64,000 nucleotides of DNA from Leucoraja erinacea (taxonomy: Eukaryota): assembly GCF_028641065.1 (NCBI RefSeq), contig NC_073387.1, forward strand, positions 21,762,001-21,826,000, in the 5' to 3' direction. Under the pieces are notes generated by a model, which was not told the DNA's origin, made no database searches, and saw only the letters and a list, made by a program, of their open reading frames with translations. This document shows, one piece after another, positions 22,985-34,907 of the stretch (the stretch's first letter is position 1; each line of letters starts with the position of its first letter). Made by a program: the position numbers and the translations under genes.

Positions 22985-25000
22985 GGAAGGTTTAGGTTTA
23001 TTGGTGACAGGTGTGCCGGGATGCAGTAAAAGGGTAAGTTTGGGTGCTATCTAAACAGATATCTAATTGTATACATTAATACAATCACATTAAATCCAAG
23101 TACAATAGATAGAGCAAAGGGGAGGATACAGAGTGCATGACATAATTCAGACAAGTCTTTGATTAGTTCGCATTTTCTAGGCAGCGTGAAGTGTAGATGG
23201 AGTCAATGATAGGAAGTCTGGTCTGTGCGATGGGCTGGGATACATCTGCTACACTCTGGTATTTGTTATGGTCTTGTTTTGTGTGCTTTATTGGTGTATC
23301 TATAGCGGCTGTAAGAATAATTGGACCATGCAGAATTTCAGTAATTTCCTCTGCCAATCGAGACATCAGTGGCTGCCGCATCATTGTAGTTGATCCACGA
23401 CATCGTTAATAATACAGTACATCAAGGAATTTCAAGCAGTCGACTATTTATACTTGGCAACAGTTGATGCTGTTTGGGACGTACTCCACCATGATACCTG
23501 AAGCCAATAACTAGCTCCTTCCTCTACCTGACATTGAGGGAGCGGGTGTTGTCACGATGACATGTTATTAAGTTCTCCATCTCCTTCCTATGTCTGTATT
23601 GTCATTGTTTGTGACCCGACACACCACGGTGCTGTAGATGGAGTTAAAGCTGAATTTGGCCGTACAGTTATAAGTGTATAGAGAGCAATGTGCGGGAACA
23701 GAGAACGTATCCTTGTGGGGCACCATTGTCGATCATTATTATGGATGGTATCTTGTCAAATATCCTCACTGATTGAGTCTGTTGTTCAGAAGGTCGAGGA
23801 CCCTGTGGAAGAGGAGGGGGGGGGGGGGGTGCTGATTTCTGTGCCTGGCAGTTTTGGGATGAGTTTGGATGGGACTAAAGTGTTGAAAGTGGGTCTAGAA
23901 TGACTGGGGTTAATGTGTCTCATTACAATTATCTTGACGCACTTCAATTATTGCTGTCAGAGGCATGGACGTTCGTTATATATGCACATGATCTAACTTT
24001 ATCTTTAGCGCTGGGGTTACAGTGGTCTCACTATAGCAGACCTACCAACCCTCACAGTCCCTCAGATCCACATCAGCCTGTCTCCTCTCCATCCACAAGT
24101 CCAACCTCCGCAGTTTTGGGGACAGAGCCTTCTCCAGGGCCGCTCCCAGGCTCCGGAACCCCCTCCCCCAACTGATCCGCAATACCGTGCCCCTCACCAT
24201 CTTCCAGTCCCGCCTCAAGACCCATCTCTTCTCCTCTGCCTATCCTTAGCCCCACGTCCCCCTCCCTTTTCATCTGTGCATTAATTGCCTCATATTGTGT
24301 TTTGAATTGTATTCTGTCTTTACTTTGTTTACTAGTCATGTCTCTACTATTTATTTCATTCCCCTTACATGTTTTTCCTCTACCTGCTAATTTTCTGTAA
24401 GTTGTCCTTGAGACTTGAAAGGCGCCCATAAATAAAATGTATTATTATTATTATTAGATTGGAGTAGTGAATGGATACAAATCTTTACCAGTTGATCCGC
24501 ACAGGACGACAGGTACTTCACCTGCAGGAAGGCTCATATTACATCTGCGTGAGCAACCATTGCTTTTGGCACTCCGATACTTACGGGGTGGATAGTTTCC
24601 CCCCATCGACCCATTTTCCAAGAAGGCATAGTATGAACTTGAGTTAATCGGTTGGGACGCATTCGTGCCAGCGATGCCACCTCTCTTTATTTCTTAGTGC
24701 GCTGTAGCGTGCAAGCCTTACCACAACCTACCGGCTTCCAACTTGATCCGGAATTCCCTACAGACATCTTATTGGGTCTTCAAATGCGGTAGATAGATAG
24801 AATCCGTGTGAATTGAATGCTGAAGTCTTGGACATCACCTGGGAGTGGACCATGTGGTTTATCCAAAGGCTCTGTTCGGAAAACACGTGTATCGTCTTCT
24901 TTGGTACACAGTCCTCTATACACTTGCTGGTAGGCTGTGTGGCAGCAGTGACGTAATCATCTAGATTAGTAGTAGAATTCTTGAATATGGACCTGTCTTG
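22985..25000 (-). mobile_element. Old Rex1/Babar-like LINE remnant (interrupted by an L2 fragment)
   Basis: Peptide relics SIFKNSTTNLDDYVTA...SKCIEDCVPKKTIHVF and QTRLPIIDSIYTSRCL resemble Rex1-type ORF2. The 3' end is TTTATTG-type at ~22997. Confidence 0.5.
24050..24456 (+). mobile_element. L2 LINE 3' fragment with (TTA)n tail
   Basis: Encodes ...SFGDRAFSRAAPRLRNPLP..IR....LTIFQSRLKTHLF (L2 ORF2 C-term). Ends CCTTGAG..TTGAAAGGCGCCCATAAATAAAATGTATTATTATTATT. Confidence 0.8.
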
Positions 25001-25099
25001 ATGTCTTATTTGCTTTCGCCATTCCCTCCCACTGTCTGCGTAAAAGACAACGTACCAGGTAACAATATTTTGCGTTTCGCCTCTCATCTTATGGCCACG

Positions 25100-26450
25100 C
25101 CCTCCAGCATTTAACATTTCCTCCCTACAACAAGTCTCTGACCATCCACCCCACCTTCCTTGTTCATAATTTAAATATTTATACCAAGTCTCCCCCTCAG
25201 CCTTCCACGCTCCAGAGACACAGTCTCAATGTATCCAACTTCCCCTCACAGCTAATACTCTCTGATACACGGTTCATCATGCTGAGCTTCTGTATTTCTC
25301 CAACACCTCCATCCCCTTCTGCAATTGCAGCGACAACAACTTCACACAATAATGGAAACATTTGGCCTTACTAAAGTTTAATATACTCCCGACTTTAATA
25401 TGCAACACCTCGGCGAATGAAGGGCTGTATGCCGTTCGCATTCTTTGCCTTCCTATTCACATAGGTTGCAACTTTCCTTGAGCTATGGGTTTGCATCTCA
25501 AATTCATCTCTATGCTCATGCTCTTAAGCGGCCTGCCTCGCTTACTATGTGCCTTTCTCTTACCCCACTTCACACCCTCGCAGCTTAAACTCCAGGTCCC
25601 ATTTCTCTGTCCACATTTCAAAATGGTATATCCTGCCGAATGTTCTCAGCATCTTGCACACTATCCACAATTTCACCATTCTTTGTATCACATTCCATGT
25701 TCCTAATGGGCTAATCTACAAGAATGAGAATAATACATAGCCACCACTCCATTCATCTTTTTTTTTCACGGCAGCATTCAATCCAATCAACCAAGTCACA
25801 TGGGTTAATAAGTCTGTTTATTTATAATGTGAGTAGTTCCTATCTCTGAGATTATTCTCTAATATTTTCATTGCCCCCATTGACTAAGCAGACTATAATT
25901 TATTAGTTCGATTGTATTAATGTTCTGAATCAGAGGACCAACAGTAGCTGATTTACAATCTCCGTATGCCACGTCTGTGGCTGAAGAGGAAATAAAGATA
26001 TATATATGGATGCTCCAGGTATCTCCTCTCTTGCTTCTGGCACTGACCCAGGATATATCTCATTGGGCTCTGGGAACGTACTTACCTTTAATGTCATTGA
26101 AGAGATCCAATACTTCTTCCTTTATGATATAAACTTGCCATTGCATAACAGCATATCAGCCCCTGCTTTCGCTTCCCTCCACGTCCTTCTGCTTGGTGAT
26201 TACGGGTGTGAAATGTTTGTTCAATACCTGGCCCATTTCCCCTGTCTCCAAGCAAAATGTTACTCATCGGTCTTTGACTAGTCCCACCTGCTCCAATTTT
26301 ATCCTGTCGTTTTAATGTATAGTGAAAATGCCTTGGGATTACCTATTTGTACACGCTAGGGAAATTTAGTGGGCCTTTTTGGCCCACCTGATTCTTTGCT
26401 GGGGTTGCCTCCTGCTTACTTTGTATTCTTCAAAGTCCCTGTCCAACTTC
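25100..26450 (-). mobile_element. Old degenerate CR1 fragments
   Basis: Decayed similarity to the younger CR1 copies (e.g. CCCCCTCAGCCTTCCACGCTCCAG, TATGCCGTTCGCATTCTT, CATTGGGCTCTGGGAAC). Confidence 0.5.
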
Positions 26451-27162
26451 AGCTTCGTAACATACATATGTTCCCTGAAGGAGCAACTTCCCCAGGGCAA
26501 TTTTGTTGGATCGTCGTTTTCAGAAACAGAAAATACAAACTCGTGTCAATTTTTCTTATTTAATGGAAAACAAATTACGTGCCTAATATGCTTTTTTTCC
26601 AAGTACAAACGAAGATTCAGGTATAATATATCTTCCACATAATCAGTGTAATTTCTACGCGGGTAACCTTGGAATAACCTGGGACAATATACACTATATA
26701 CTCTATTCCAACCAAAGATATTTATTTTAAATACATTAATTTGCATGGTATATATTATTGAAACTATTTTAATTCCTTGTGGAATAATCCTTGTTGATCG
26801 CACAATATCTTACAGTCCATGACACATAAATACTGGTCAAGGCCTAATATTATAGTTCGTGGTTGCTTGCAAATGTAATATAAATTCGATTAATTTCAAT
26901 ATATCAGTGGTGGGGGTGAACGAAAGACACACTCATGCTGTGCAGACCAGCAAGCCAGAAATGAAAAACAGAAGAAAATAGGTTAATACAACCTGCATGG
27001 TTTTTTTTAGCAGTCACACAATATTGCACCGAAATACAATGTTTGTCCATTCAAGATGAGAACCTAACGAACGGATAGTTAGTTCAAAATGTGTATTTTT
27101 TTAAATCGTAAATATTCGCAACGTCAGTTATCGGCATGACACTCCTTTAAATGCCATACGAG

Positions 27163-29493
27163 TTATTTCACTGCGCCGTTATTCGGAACGTCCGAATCAT
27201 TGAAAGGTAAGGTATCATGACAAGGTTTAAGAAACAAAAAATCACTCTTCGATGACTCTGGAGATAAGCAGACGGTATAATTATAGCCATCGTTTTGACG
27301 AACATCCGAATAATTGAAATAATTATGTGTTGTAGGTACACTTAAGGCAGCAGGTCTTTCTGAACCATGTTTAAGCTTCAACACCACCAGGAAAATTATG
27401 ATGACAAGAAACACAAAGGAAGTTGACCCTAAAGCGATGATTAAGTAGTGATTCACTGGTGAAAATTGGGTGGAACTCCTGTCGTTATCTGTTCGTTTGA
27501 AAGTGTTTTCAGTGACATTGGATAAAATTGAAAATGTAACTGTGACCGTACTGGAGAGGATCGGCTCACCATTGTCTTTTACGCAGATGAGCAGTCTATC
27601 CGAACTTACGTCTTCCTTTCTTAAACTTCGCGTTGCTCTTATTTCTCCAGAGAGAAGATCCAACGTAAACAGAGTGGGGTCACTGGCTTCCAAAATTTGA
27701 TAACGCAGACGAGAGTTCTGACCGGAATCCGCGTCTGTCGCGATTACTTTTGTGATCACATATTCTGGAAATGTTAACTGTGGGTCTATCTCCACAGATG
27801 CAGTGCTGTTCCATGTTAAAGGTGAAATGATAACGGGAGCGTTATCATTTTGGTCCAAGATAATAATATTCACGATAACTGCGGAACTTAGTGGAGGAGA
27901 TCCAGCATCCTGGGCTTGAAGTTTGATCTGGAAATGCTTCCATTCTTCATAGTCAAAGGAGTACAGTGCGTAAATAATGCCACTTCTTGAGTTAATAGTA
28001 ACATACGGAGATGCGGAAATCCCTTGCACGTGATTCTCAATAATAGAGTAGGAGACTTCCCCGTTCTGATTTAAGTCTGGATCTGAAGCCGTTACAGCAA
28101 ATATGGAAGCGCCCGGTGTATTGTTCTCCGCTACGTACGCACTATAGGCAGGTTGGGTAAAACTTGGGATGTTATCATTTATATCAGATATGGAAACAAA
28201 AACAGTTTTATTTGTGGAAAGTGGAGGAGAGCCGCCATCCCAGGCTGAAATAGTGATGTTGTATATCGGGACAATTTCGCGATTCAAAACACCATTCGTG
28301 ACTAATTTGTAATTTGTCCTCGAAGTCTTAACCAATTTAAATGGAAGATGCTCTGGAACCTGACATTGAACCTCCCCATATTCGCCAGAATCTAAATCTG
28401 TTACGCTAATCATTGATGTCACTGTACCGACAGGGGCATCTTCATGCACTGCGCCAGTCATCACAGTCACCTCAATTGTGGGAACGTTATCATTCGTATC
28501 TAGTAATTCGACTATAACTTTGGCATTTCCAGTCATGCCCGCTGAACCATTGTCTACAACTTGTACATCAAGTTCGTACATCTTTGTTTCTTCATAATCG
28601 AATGCACCGTGAACTCTAATCTCCCCAGTTATCTGGTCTAATTTAAACAACTCGCGTATATTTTGGGGCACATAACTTGTGAAAGAATATGTTAGCTCTG
28701 CGTTCACCCCTTCATCCAAATCAACAGCGTTAATTCTGGTTAATAATGTGCCTACTGCGACGTTTTCAACTACGTGCACTCGATAAACGTCACGGTCAAA
28801 AATGGGCGCATTATCATTGACGTCTGCCACAGCAATGTTTATTTGAGTTGTACCAGATCTTTGAGGGATGCCACCATCAATTGCGGTCAGTATCAAATGA
28901 TAGGTCGATTGTTGCTCACGATCTAAGCTTTTCTCTAATACCAGCAGGGCATCTTTGCTCCCATCTGTTCTCGTCTGCATCTTGAGACCGAAGTGTTCAT
29001 TTGAACTAACACGGTAGATGCTGATTGTGTTTGTGCCCACGTCAGGGTCGTACGCGCTCTCGAGGGGAAAGCGCGCTCCTGTCGCAACCAATTCATTCAT
29101 CTGCAAGGAAAATTCTGCTTTCGGAAATACGGGTGAATTGTCATTTATATCTAGGATCTCCACTGCAATCTGATGCATTTCAAAAGGACCGTCGAGGATT
29201 ATCTGGTAATTCAGGATACAGACAAAGCTTTGCTTACATATTTCTTCCCTATCAATTCTTTCATTCACAAATAAAATGCCATTCTTCTGATTTACCTCCA
29301 TATATTTCTTGCTTCCTTCACAGACAAGCCGAAACATTCGTGGCGATAATTCCCAAACGTTCAGTTTCAAATCCTCGGCGATATTTCCCACAGTTGTTCC
29401 TGGCGCCTGCTCCTCGGGAATCGAATAGTCAATTTGCCCCGAAACCGGGCCCAATGCAAAAAGAAGGAAGAAATTGCAAATTGCTAGCGCCAT
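27163..29493 (-). CDS. Clustered protocadherin, gene 3 (subfamily A, divergent), 776 aa
   Basis: Signal peptide; GQIDYSIPEE; C-x5-C (CKQSFVC); six EC repeats; TM YLIIALGSTSFVFLVIIIFLVVL; YTVCLSPESSKSDFLFLKPC. Confidence 0.96.
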   Translation of the reverse strand: MALAICNFFLLFALGPVSGQIDYSIPEEQAPGTTVGNIAEDLKLNVWELSPRMFRLVCEGSKKYMEVNQKNGILFVNERIDREEICKQSFVCILNYQIILDGPFEMHQIAVEILDINDNSPVFPKAEFSLQMNELVATGARFPLESAYDPDVGTNTISIYRVSSNEHFGLKMQTRTDGSKDALLVLEKSLDREQQSTYHLILTAIDGGIPQRSGTTQINIAVADVNDNAPIFDRDVYRVHVVENVAVGTLLTRINAVDLDEGVNAELTYSFTSYVPQNIRELFKLDQITGEIRVHGAFDYEETKMYELDVQVVDNGSAGMTGNAKVIVELLDTNDNVPTIEVTVMTGAVHEDAPVGTVTSMISVTDLDSGEYGEVQCQVPEHLPFKLVKTSRTNYKLVTNGVLNREIVPIYNITISAWDGGSPPLSTNKTVFVSISDINDNIPSFTQPAYSAYVAENNTPGASIFAVTASDPDLNQNGEVSYSIIENHVQGISASPYVTINSRSGIIYALYSFDYEEWKHFQIKLQAQDAGSPPLSSAVIVNIIILDQNDNAPVIISPLTWNSTASVEIDPQLTFPEYVITKVIATDADSGQNSRLRYQILEASDPTLFTLDLLSGEIRATRSLRKEDVSSDRLLICVKDNGEPILSSTVTVTFSILSNVTENTFKRTDNDRSSTQFSPVNHYLIIALGSTSFVFLVIIIFLVVLKLKHGSERPAALSVPTTHNYFNYSDVRQNDGYNYTVCLSPESSKSDFLFLKPCHDTLPFNDSDVPNNGAVK

Positions 29494-29705
29494 TGTTCTC
29501 AGCAGAATTCACTGTCAGGCGTCCAAGAATATTAACCAAACGTTATTATCAACATCGCCTGCACTAGCACTATTCGTCGTATTTTTACCTAAGTATTGAA
29601 CTGCGAAAAGCAAAGATCAAACCGGAGTTGCTTTGCTACACACGGCCGTTCAACACAAACCCAGACGCCGTCTGTCTCTTCGCTTCTGTTTTCCGTTCCA
29701 CTGAA

Positions 29706-29808
29706 GGGGCGGGTGGATCTCTGGCAACACATCGGCTGCTTATTGGTAGACAGCGACACGATGAGCCTCAACCAATAATTGCAGCAGCCGCTCTTAAAGC
29801 GAGACTGC
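29706..29808 (-). promoter_or_regulatory. Pcdh promoter module (GC box, CSE, CCAAT), gene 3
   Basis: GGGGCGGG 29706, GATC 29716, ATTGG 29742, AGCG 29752, CCAAT 29772, TTAAAGC 29794. Confidence 0.85.
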
Positions 29809-30002
29809 TCCCACATCTTTAGGCGCAGATATAAATATTTGTGGACAACTGAAAATCCAATCTACAGCGCGTGTGGAACAATAGTTATTTTCCTGTCCTA
29901 ATTATAAAATCAGGGTAACATACTGTTAAAATAACCATTCAGATATCACTCGCAATAATTCAAATGATCAGCCAAACGTCCCGCCTCAAATTTAATGTTT
30001 AA

Positions 30003-30080
30003 GAAAGAACTGTAGATGCTGGAAAATTCGAAGGTAGACACATTGCTGGAGAAACTCAGCGGGTGAGGCAGCGTCCATGC
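30003..30080 (-). mobile_element. Penelope-like terminal fragment (partial)
   Basis: GAACTGTAGATGCTGG...TGCTGGAGAAACTCAGCGGGTGAGGCAGC. Confidence 0.6.
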
Positions 30081-32130
30081 CTCTCATTTAACGTGAAATA
30101 CGCTTCTTTAAAGTTGTTTCTGTCGAATTATTCTGCAGATTGCCCGTAACGAATGGAAGCGGGAGAAAGACAAAAACCCATTACTTTTAGCCGCAGGATA
30201 TGTGCAGATTTGACATTTAAAACAAAACGATTATGTGAACCGTTCGCACAACCCACCAACCAAAATCACGAAGTAACCATTTGCTAATTATGCTTGTTTA
30301 AAGTACGATAAACAATTATAACGTGAGCATAATACACCTTGGGAGATTGGGCTCTGTAGGATACCTTAGATATTGACATGAATTCGTGGTGAATTGACGA
30401 ACATTTTTCTCCTTCAGTGAATCAATAAAATAATTAATACTTCGTAAGTCCCACTGCTGTTGCTACAGAACAAAAAACAATGTGCTTGCATAATCCACAA
30501 ACATTATTTTTGTGTTCCGGTAACCTTTCACTGATGTTGAATAATGGGAGTAACAGGTAGGTAGCTGCGTAACTGGTTACGCATGATCACATTGTCTTGT
30601 ACAGCAATATCTATGCTTTCTAGGCCTACTTATAATTGAGTAGCAAGTTAGAATTTACTAACAGCAGCATTTGGCATGAAATATCAATAAAGTTCCGCAA
30701 GGGTCGCTTGTTTAAAGTAAGATACTTGTTGATGAATGTGACAGATTGAGTCATTGTAGAGTTTAATCTGTGCAGAGGATTGAAGATGATGGATTTTGTC
30801 TTTCGCTGTTTGCCTGGAAAAAGTGAAACGTAGAATAAACGGTCATATCATTTAGATACAGCACTGGTGTTCAGCGAGGTGGTAAGTAAACGGAGTTTGG
30901 TGTCATTACCAACAAAGATAACTGCCAGAGGAACTAAACGGATCATGCAATAACTATGGAGGGGAGTGGGGAGTACTGAATTGTCAACATTTCCTGTCAA
31001 GCTACTGATGCAGGACTGAGAGTGATGACGGACGATGGCTGGCAAAAAGGGGATCGAGGAGGGTGCGGCATGGGCCGGTAGGTGATAGGTGGACCGAGGA
31101 GTATTAGGGGATAGTAGGCAAAGGAGCAGGTGGGGGGACGGTGAGTGCTGGTGTTGGGAGCCAGGGGCAAGTCGATATTAGATGTAGGCAGATAGGGACA
31201 AGGGCAGATTGAACCCGGTGAGGAAAGTTGAGAGGAGTGCAAAGGTAGTCGTGGGGTTTGGAGGGACAAGCACTCCCAACACAGCAACGCATGATTAAAT
31301 AATGCCACACACGATTACTGTATTCCTATCGTCGTGGCCAGTCACTACGCCTACTATTTGTGCATTATTTCTCTAATGAGGGCTTGCACGACCTCCTGTG
31401 GAATAAACAAACACAAGCATACTTTCAACAATAATGTTGTAAGCTAACAGTAAATAGAAGTGAATGGATTTTAGAGAAATGTTCGGAAATATGTATTTGT
31501 CTTGCGATTTTTAACGATGATGACCTAACTTCGCGCTGATTGCACTTGAAAGCTAGGCGGAATCGGAACATCACAATAGGCTATGCTCAGTCCAGGAATT
31601 CTCAATAGAATACAATTCTCAACACAATACTGTTCCATACAAGTAAACGAAATGAATCTCTATTCCAACTTTCAGGTGCAATAAACAGGTAATTAGAACA
31701 TCATAATGAAAAGTCTCCAAACCACTACAAATAAATATTTCCTGTTATCTCTGTAAAAACCCATTCATTATATTTACTCTTAACTTGTAACAGCATTATT
31801 GATAATATATTTGGGTGACGTTGCTGCAAAGTTCCTCATATTTGCCTCGTGAATATGAGTTGCTTTTACGTGCCCCATGATCTCTCATAGAAAAAAGATC
31901 GGAACTTGACATTACGCTCCACTCATGCACTAAGTGAACTGACCGTATGCCCGTCTAAGCGCAAGTCCTATTATATACATAGCATTCTCGTGCCAATTGC
32001 GAAGATCTTTGCAGCAGTCTCCAAATAAAGAATGTAATAATGGAATCATTATGGGAAATATAAATGATCGAAATCGAGTAGATTTGTTCAAGCAGTTACA
32101 CGAACGATGTAATATAAAATGAGTGGGAAC

Positions 32131-32273
32131 TTCTTCTTCTTCTTGCGTATGGCGTGTACAGCCTAACGTTGTAGGACAACTTGTTCTATTTGATCTTATT
32201 TGATTGTGCACGCCGGGTTGATTCCATTCGTCGAAACGGGGCGGACCACGTGAAGGTTGCAATCTTCCACCTC
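32131..32273 (-). mobile_element. Short non-LTR retroposon with (GAA)n tail and ~10-bp TSD
   Basis: Plus strand (TTC)n at 32131-32144. Flanks AGTGGGAACT (32122) and AGTGGGAGCT (32274). Confidence 0.6.
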
Positions 32274-32774
32274 AGTGGGAGCTAATGGAGCAGTTTCCAA
32301 CGCAACTACGCTGATGGCTGTAAATGTGACATGACTATGGAGGGATCTGAAAATATAAATGAAATGACATTTATATGACCATTATATCGTCTCAATATAA
32401 CAAGCTAACATAAACGGCATGGATTGGCAAGCAAAGAGGCTTCAATAAATGGAATGTGGTGAGTGTTAACACCAGGACGCCGATGATTTACATTAACTCA
32501 ATTTTACGCAGAGTGAGGGAGGCCGGTTGGCATGACAACCAGGAAGTAACAAATCGGAAAGAATTTTGCTGCAATCACTATAATGTGGGGCAAACCCTAA
32601 TCAAACAATGTGAAGAGGTATGGAACAACCCGTCTTAAGACCTGGAGATCCCAGCGCAACCAAGAGCCATACATGCACCAACCTTGCGAAAGTCGTGTTC
32701 AGGTTACAGACAGTGAACAGAATAAGAGATTGAATGTCAAGAAATGGCGCTTGTGCAGCAAACAAATTCGACGG

Positions 32775-33140
32775 TAGACGCAAATGCTGGAGTGACTCAG
32801 CGGGACAGGCAGCATCTCAGGAGACAACGTGACGTTTCGGGTCGAGACCATTCTTCAGACTGATGTCAGGGGCGTGGGCGAGACAGAGGTAGAATGTACT
32901 CGGGGACAGTAAGACTGGTGGGAGAACTGGGAAGGGAATGGAGAGAGAGGGGAAACAAGGGCTATTTGAAGTTAGAGAAGTCAATGTTCATACCGCTGGG
33001 GTGTAAGCTACCCAAGCGGAAAATGCTGCTCCAATTTACGCTAGGCCTCACTCTGACAATGGAGGAGGCCCTGGGCAGAAAGGTCAGATTGAGAATGGGA
33101 GGAGTTAATTTGCTGAGCAACCGGTAGATCAGGTATGTTA
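32775..33140 (-). mobile_element. Penelope-like element 3' fragment (GIY-YIG C-term plus terminal repeat with hammerhead core 32831-32858)
   Basis: Encodes ...IFRLGSLHPSGMNIDFSNFK*. Minus strand reads CTGAAGAATGGTCTCGACCCGAAACGTC. Confidence 0.78.
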
Positions 33141-33167
33141 AGGTTAATTCGAAGGCCACTCTCATTT

Positions 33168-34208
33168 TAGACAATATAGGTGCAGGAGTAGGCCATTTGG
33201 CCCTTCGAGCCAACACCGCCAATCACTGTAATCTACAATCAGTAACCCGTTCCTGCCTTCCCCCATATCCCTTAACTCCGCTATCTTTAAGAGCTCTATC
33301 TAACTCTCTCTTGAAAACATCCAGAGAATTGGCCTCCACTGCCTTCTGAGGCAGATAATTCCACAGATTCACAACCTTCTGGGTGAAAAGGTTTTTCCTC
33401 ATCTCCGTTCAGAATGGCCTACACTTTATTCTTAAACTGTGGCCCCTGATTCTGGACTCCCTCAACATCGGGAATATGTTTCCTGCCCCTAGCGTGTCCA
33501 CTCCCTTAATAATCTTAAATGTTTCAATAAGCTCCCCTTTCATCCTTCTAAATTCCAGTGTATACAAGCACAGTCGCTTCATTCTCTCCACATATGATAG
33601 TCCGTCCATCCCGCGAATTAACCTCGTGAATCTACGCTGCACTCCCTCAAGAGCAAGAATGCCCTTCTTCAAATGTTGAGATTAAAACTGCACGCAATAC
33701 TCCAGGTGTGGTCTCACCAGGGCCGTGTACAACTGCAGAAGGACCATTTTGCTCCTATACTCAACTCCTCTTGTTATGAAGGCCAACATGTCATTAGCTT
33801 TATTCACTTGCCTGCTGTACCTGCATGCTTATTTTCAGTCACTCATGAACAAGGACCCCCCATATCTCGTTGTACCTCACCTTTTCCCAAATACACCATT
33901 CAGATAATAATCTGCTTTCCTGTTTTTGCCAACAAAGTGGATAACCTCACATTTACCAACATTAAAGTGCATCTGCCCACTCACCCAACCTGTCCAAGTC
34001 ACCCTGCATCCTCATAGCAACCTCCTCATAATTCGCACTGCCACCCAGCTTTATGTCATCTGCAGATTTGCTAATATTAATTTTAATCCCTTCATCTAAA
34101 TCATGAATGTATATTGTAAATAGCTGCGATCACAGCACCGAGCCTTGCGGTACCCCACTGGTCACTGCCTGCAATTCTGAAAGGGACCCGTTAATCCCTA
34201 CTCTTTGG
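33168..34208 (-). mobile_element. CR1 LINE 3' fragment
   Basis: ILALEGVQRRFTRLI...ESRIRGHSLRIK; RT motifs up to the QGSV region; TAGACAATA tail. Confidence 0.9.
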
Positions 34209-34306
34209 TACACAAAAATGCTGGAGAAACTCAGCGGATGCAGCAGCATCTATGGAGCGAAGGAAATAGGCAACATTTCGGGCCGAAACCCTTCTTCAGA
34301 CTGATG
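34209..34306 (-). mobile_element. Penelope-like terminal fragment with hammerhead-like core (34272-34299)
   Basis: Nearly identical to 20921-21015. Minus strand reads CTGAAGAAGGGTTTCGGCCCGAAATGTT. Confidence 0.7.
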
Positions 34307-34907
34307 TGATTCATGTGATGTGAATCAGACTGACCTAATTCAAGTGTTCTCCCGAGTTTCCCCTGATTCAAATATTAGACCACTTTTAAGGAATGTCAAA
34401 CTGTAATGTGGGAAAACCTTTAACCAATTTATGCTGGACAAGAAATAACAATGAGATATAAGGTTGCTGTATGAGTAAATGATTTGGGGATAAATGTTGC
34501 TCAAAGGTTAAAGTTAATATAACATGTCCATCTTTTAAGCTTTTCAAGGTTCATTTTACGCAAGCTGGGCGTCACTGGCATGACTAACATTCTTGCCATG
34601 TCAGGTTTCACGTGATTTCAATTTCAAACTCAGTCTTTTCTTATACATGCAAAATGAGGTCATATGGAGCATTGGGCCCATGATGTCTCCCAGGGAGCAA
34701 TTCTATTAAAGGCCTAAATGGTTGCAGATATTAGAATATGAAACAGCAAGTAAACTGCTGGAGGACCTCAGTGAATCGGCCAGCATCTGTGAAGGGGAAT
34801 GCATAGTTGGTTTCTGATCCTTCATATAGAATGAGCGGCCACGAAGTATTTCTGACGAAGGACTCGTGTTTGTGATAGCGAGTCTGGATAAGAACGCAGT
34901 CTGAACG

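Noticed and set aside
25325-25340. CAGCGACA as an orphan CSE
   Set aside because: It lies in a CR1 remnant and lacks ATTGG at -10 and TTAAAGC at +42.
29025-29567. Antisense ORFs overlapping Pcdh exons (also 42950-43378, 61165-61491)
   Set aside because: Shadow frames with no conserved protein between paralogues. Antisense lncRNA or exonic CTCF sites as in mammalian Pcdh-alpha cannot be supported by eye.
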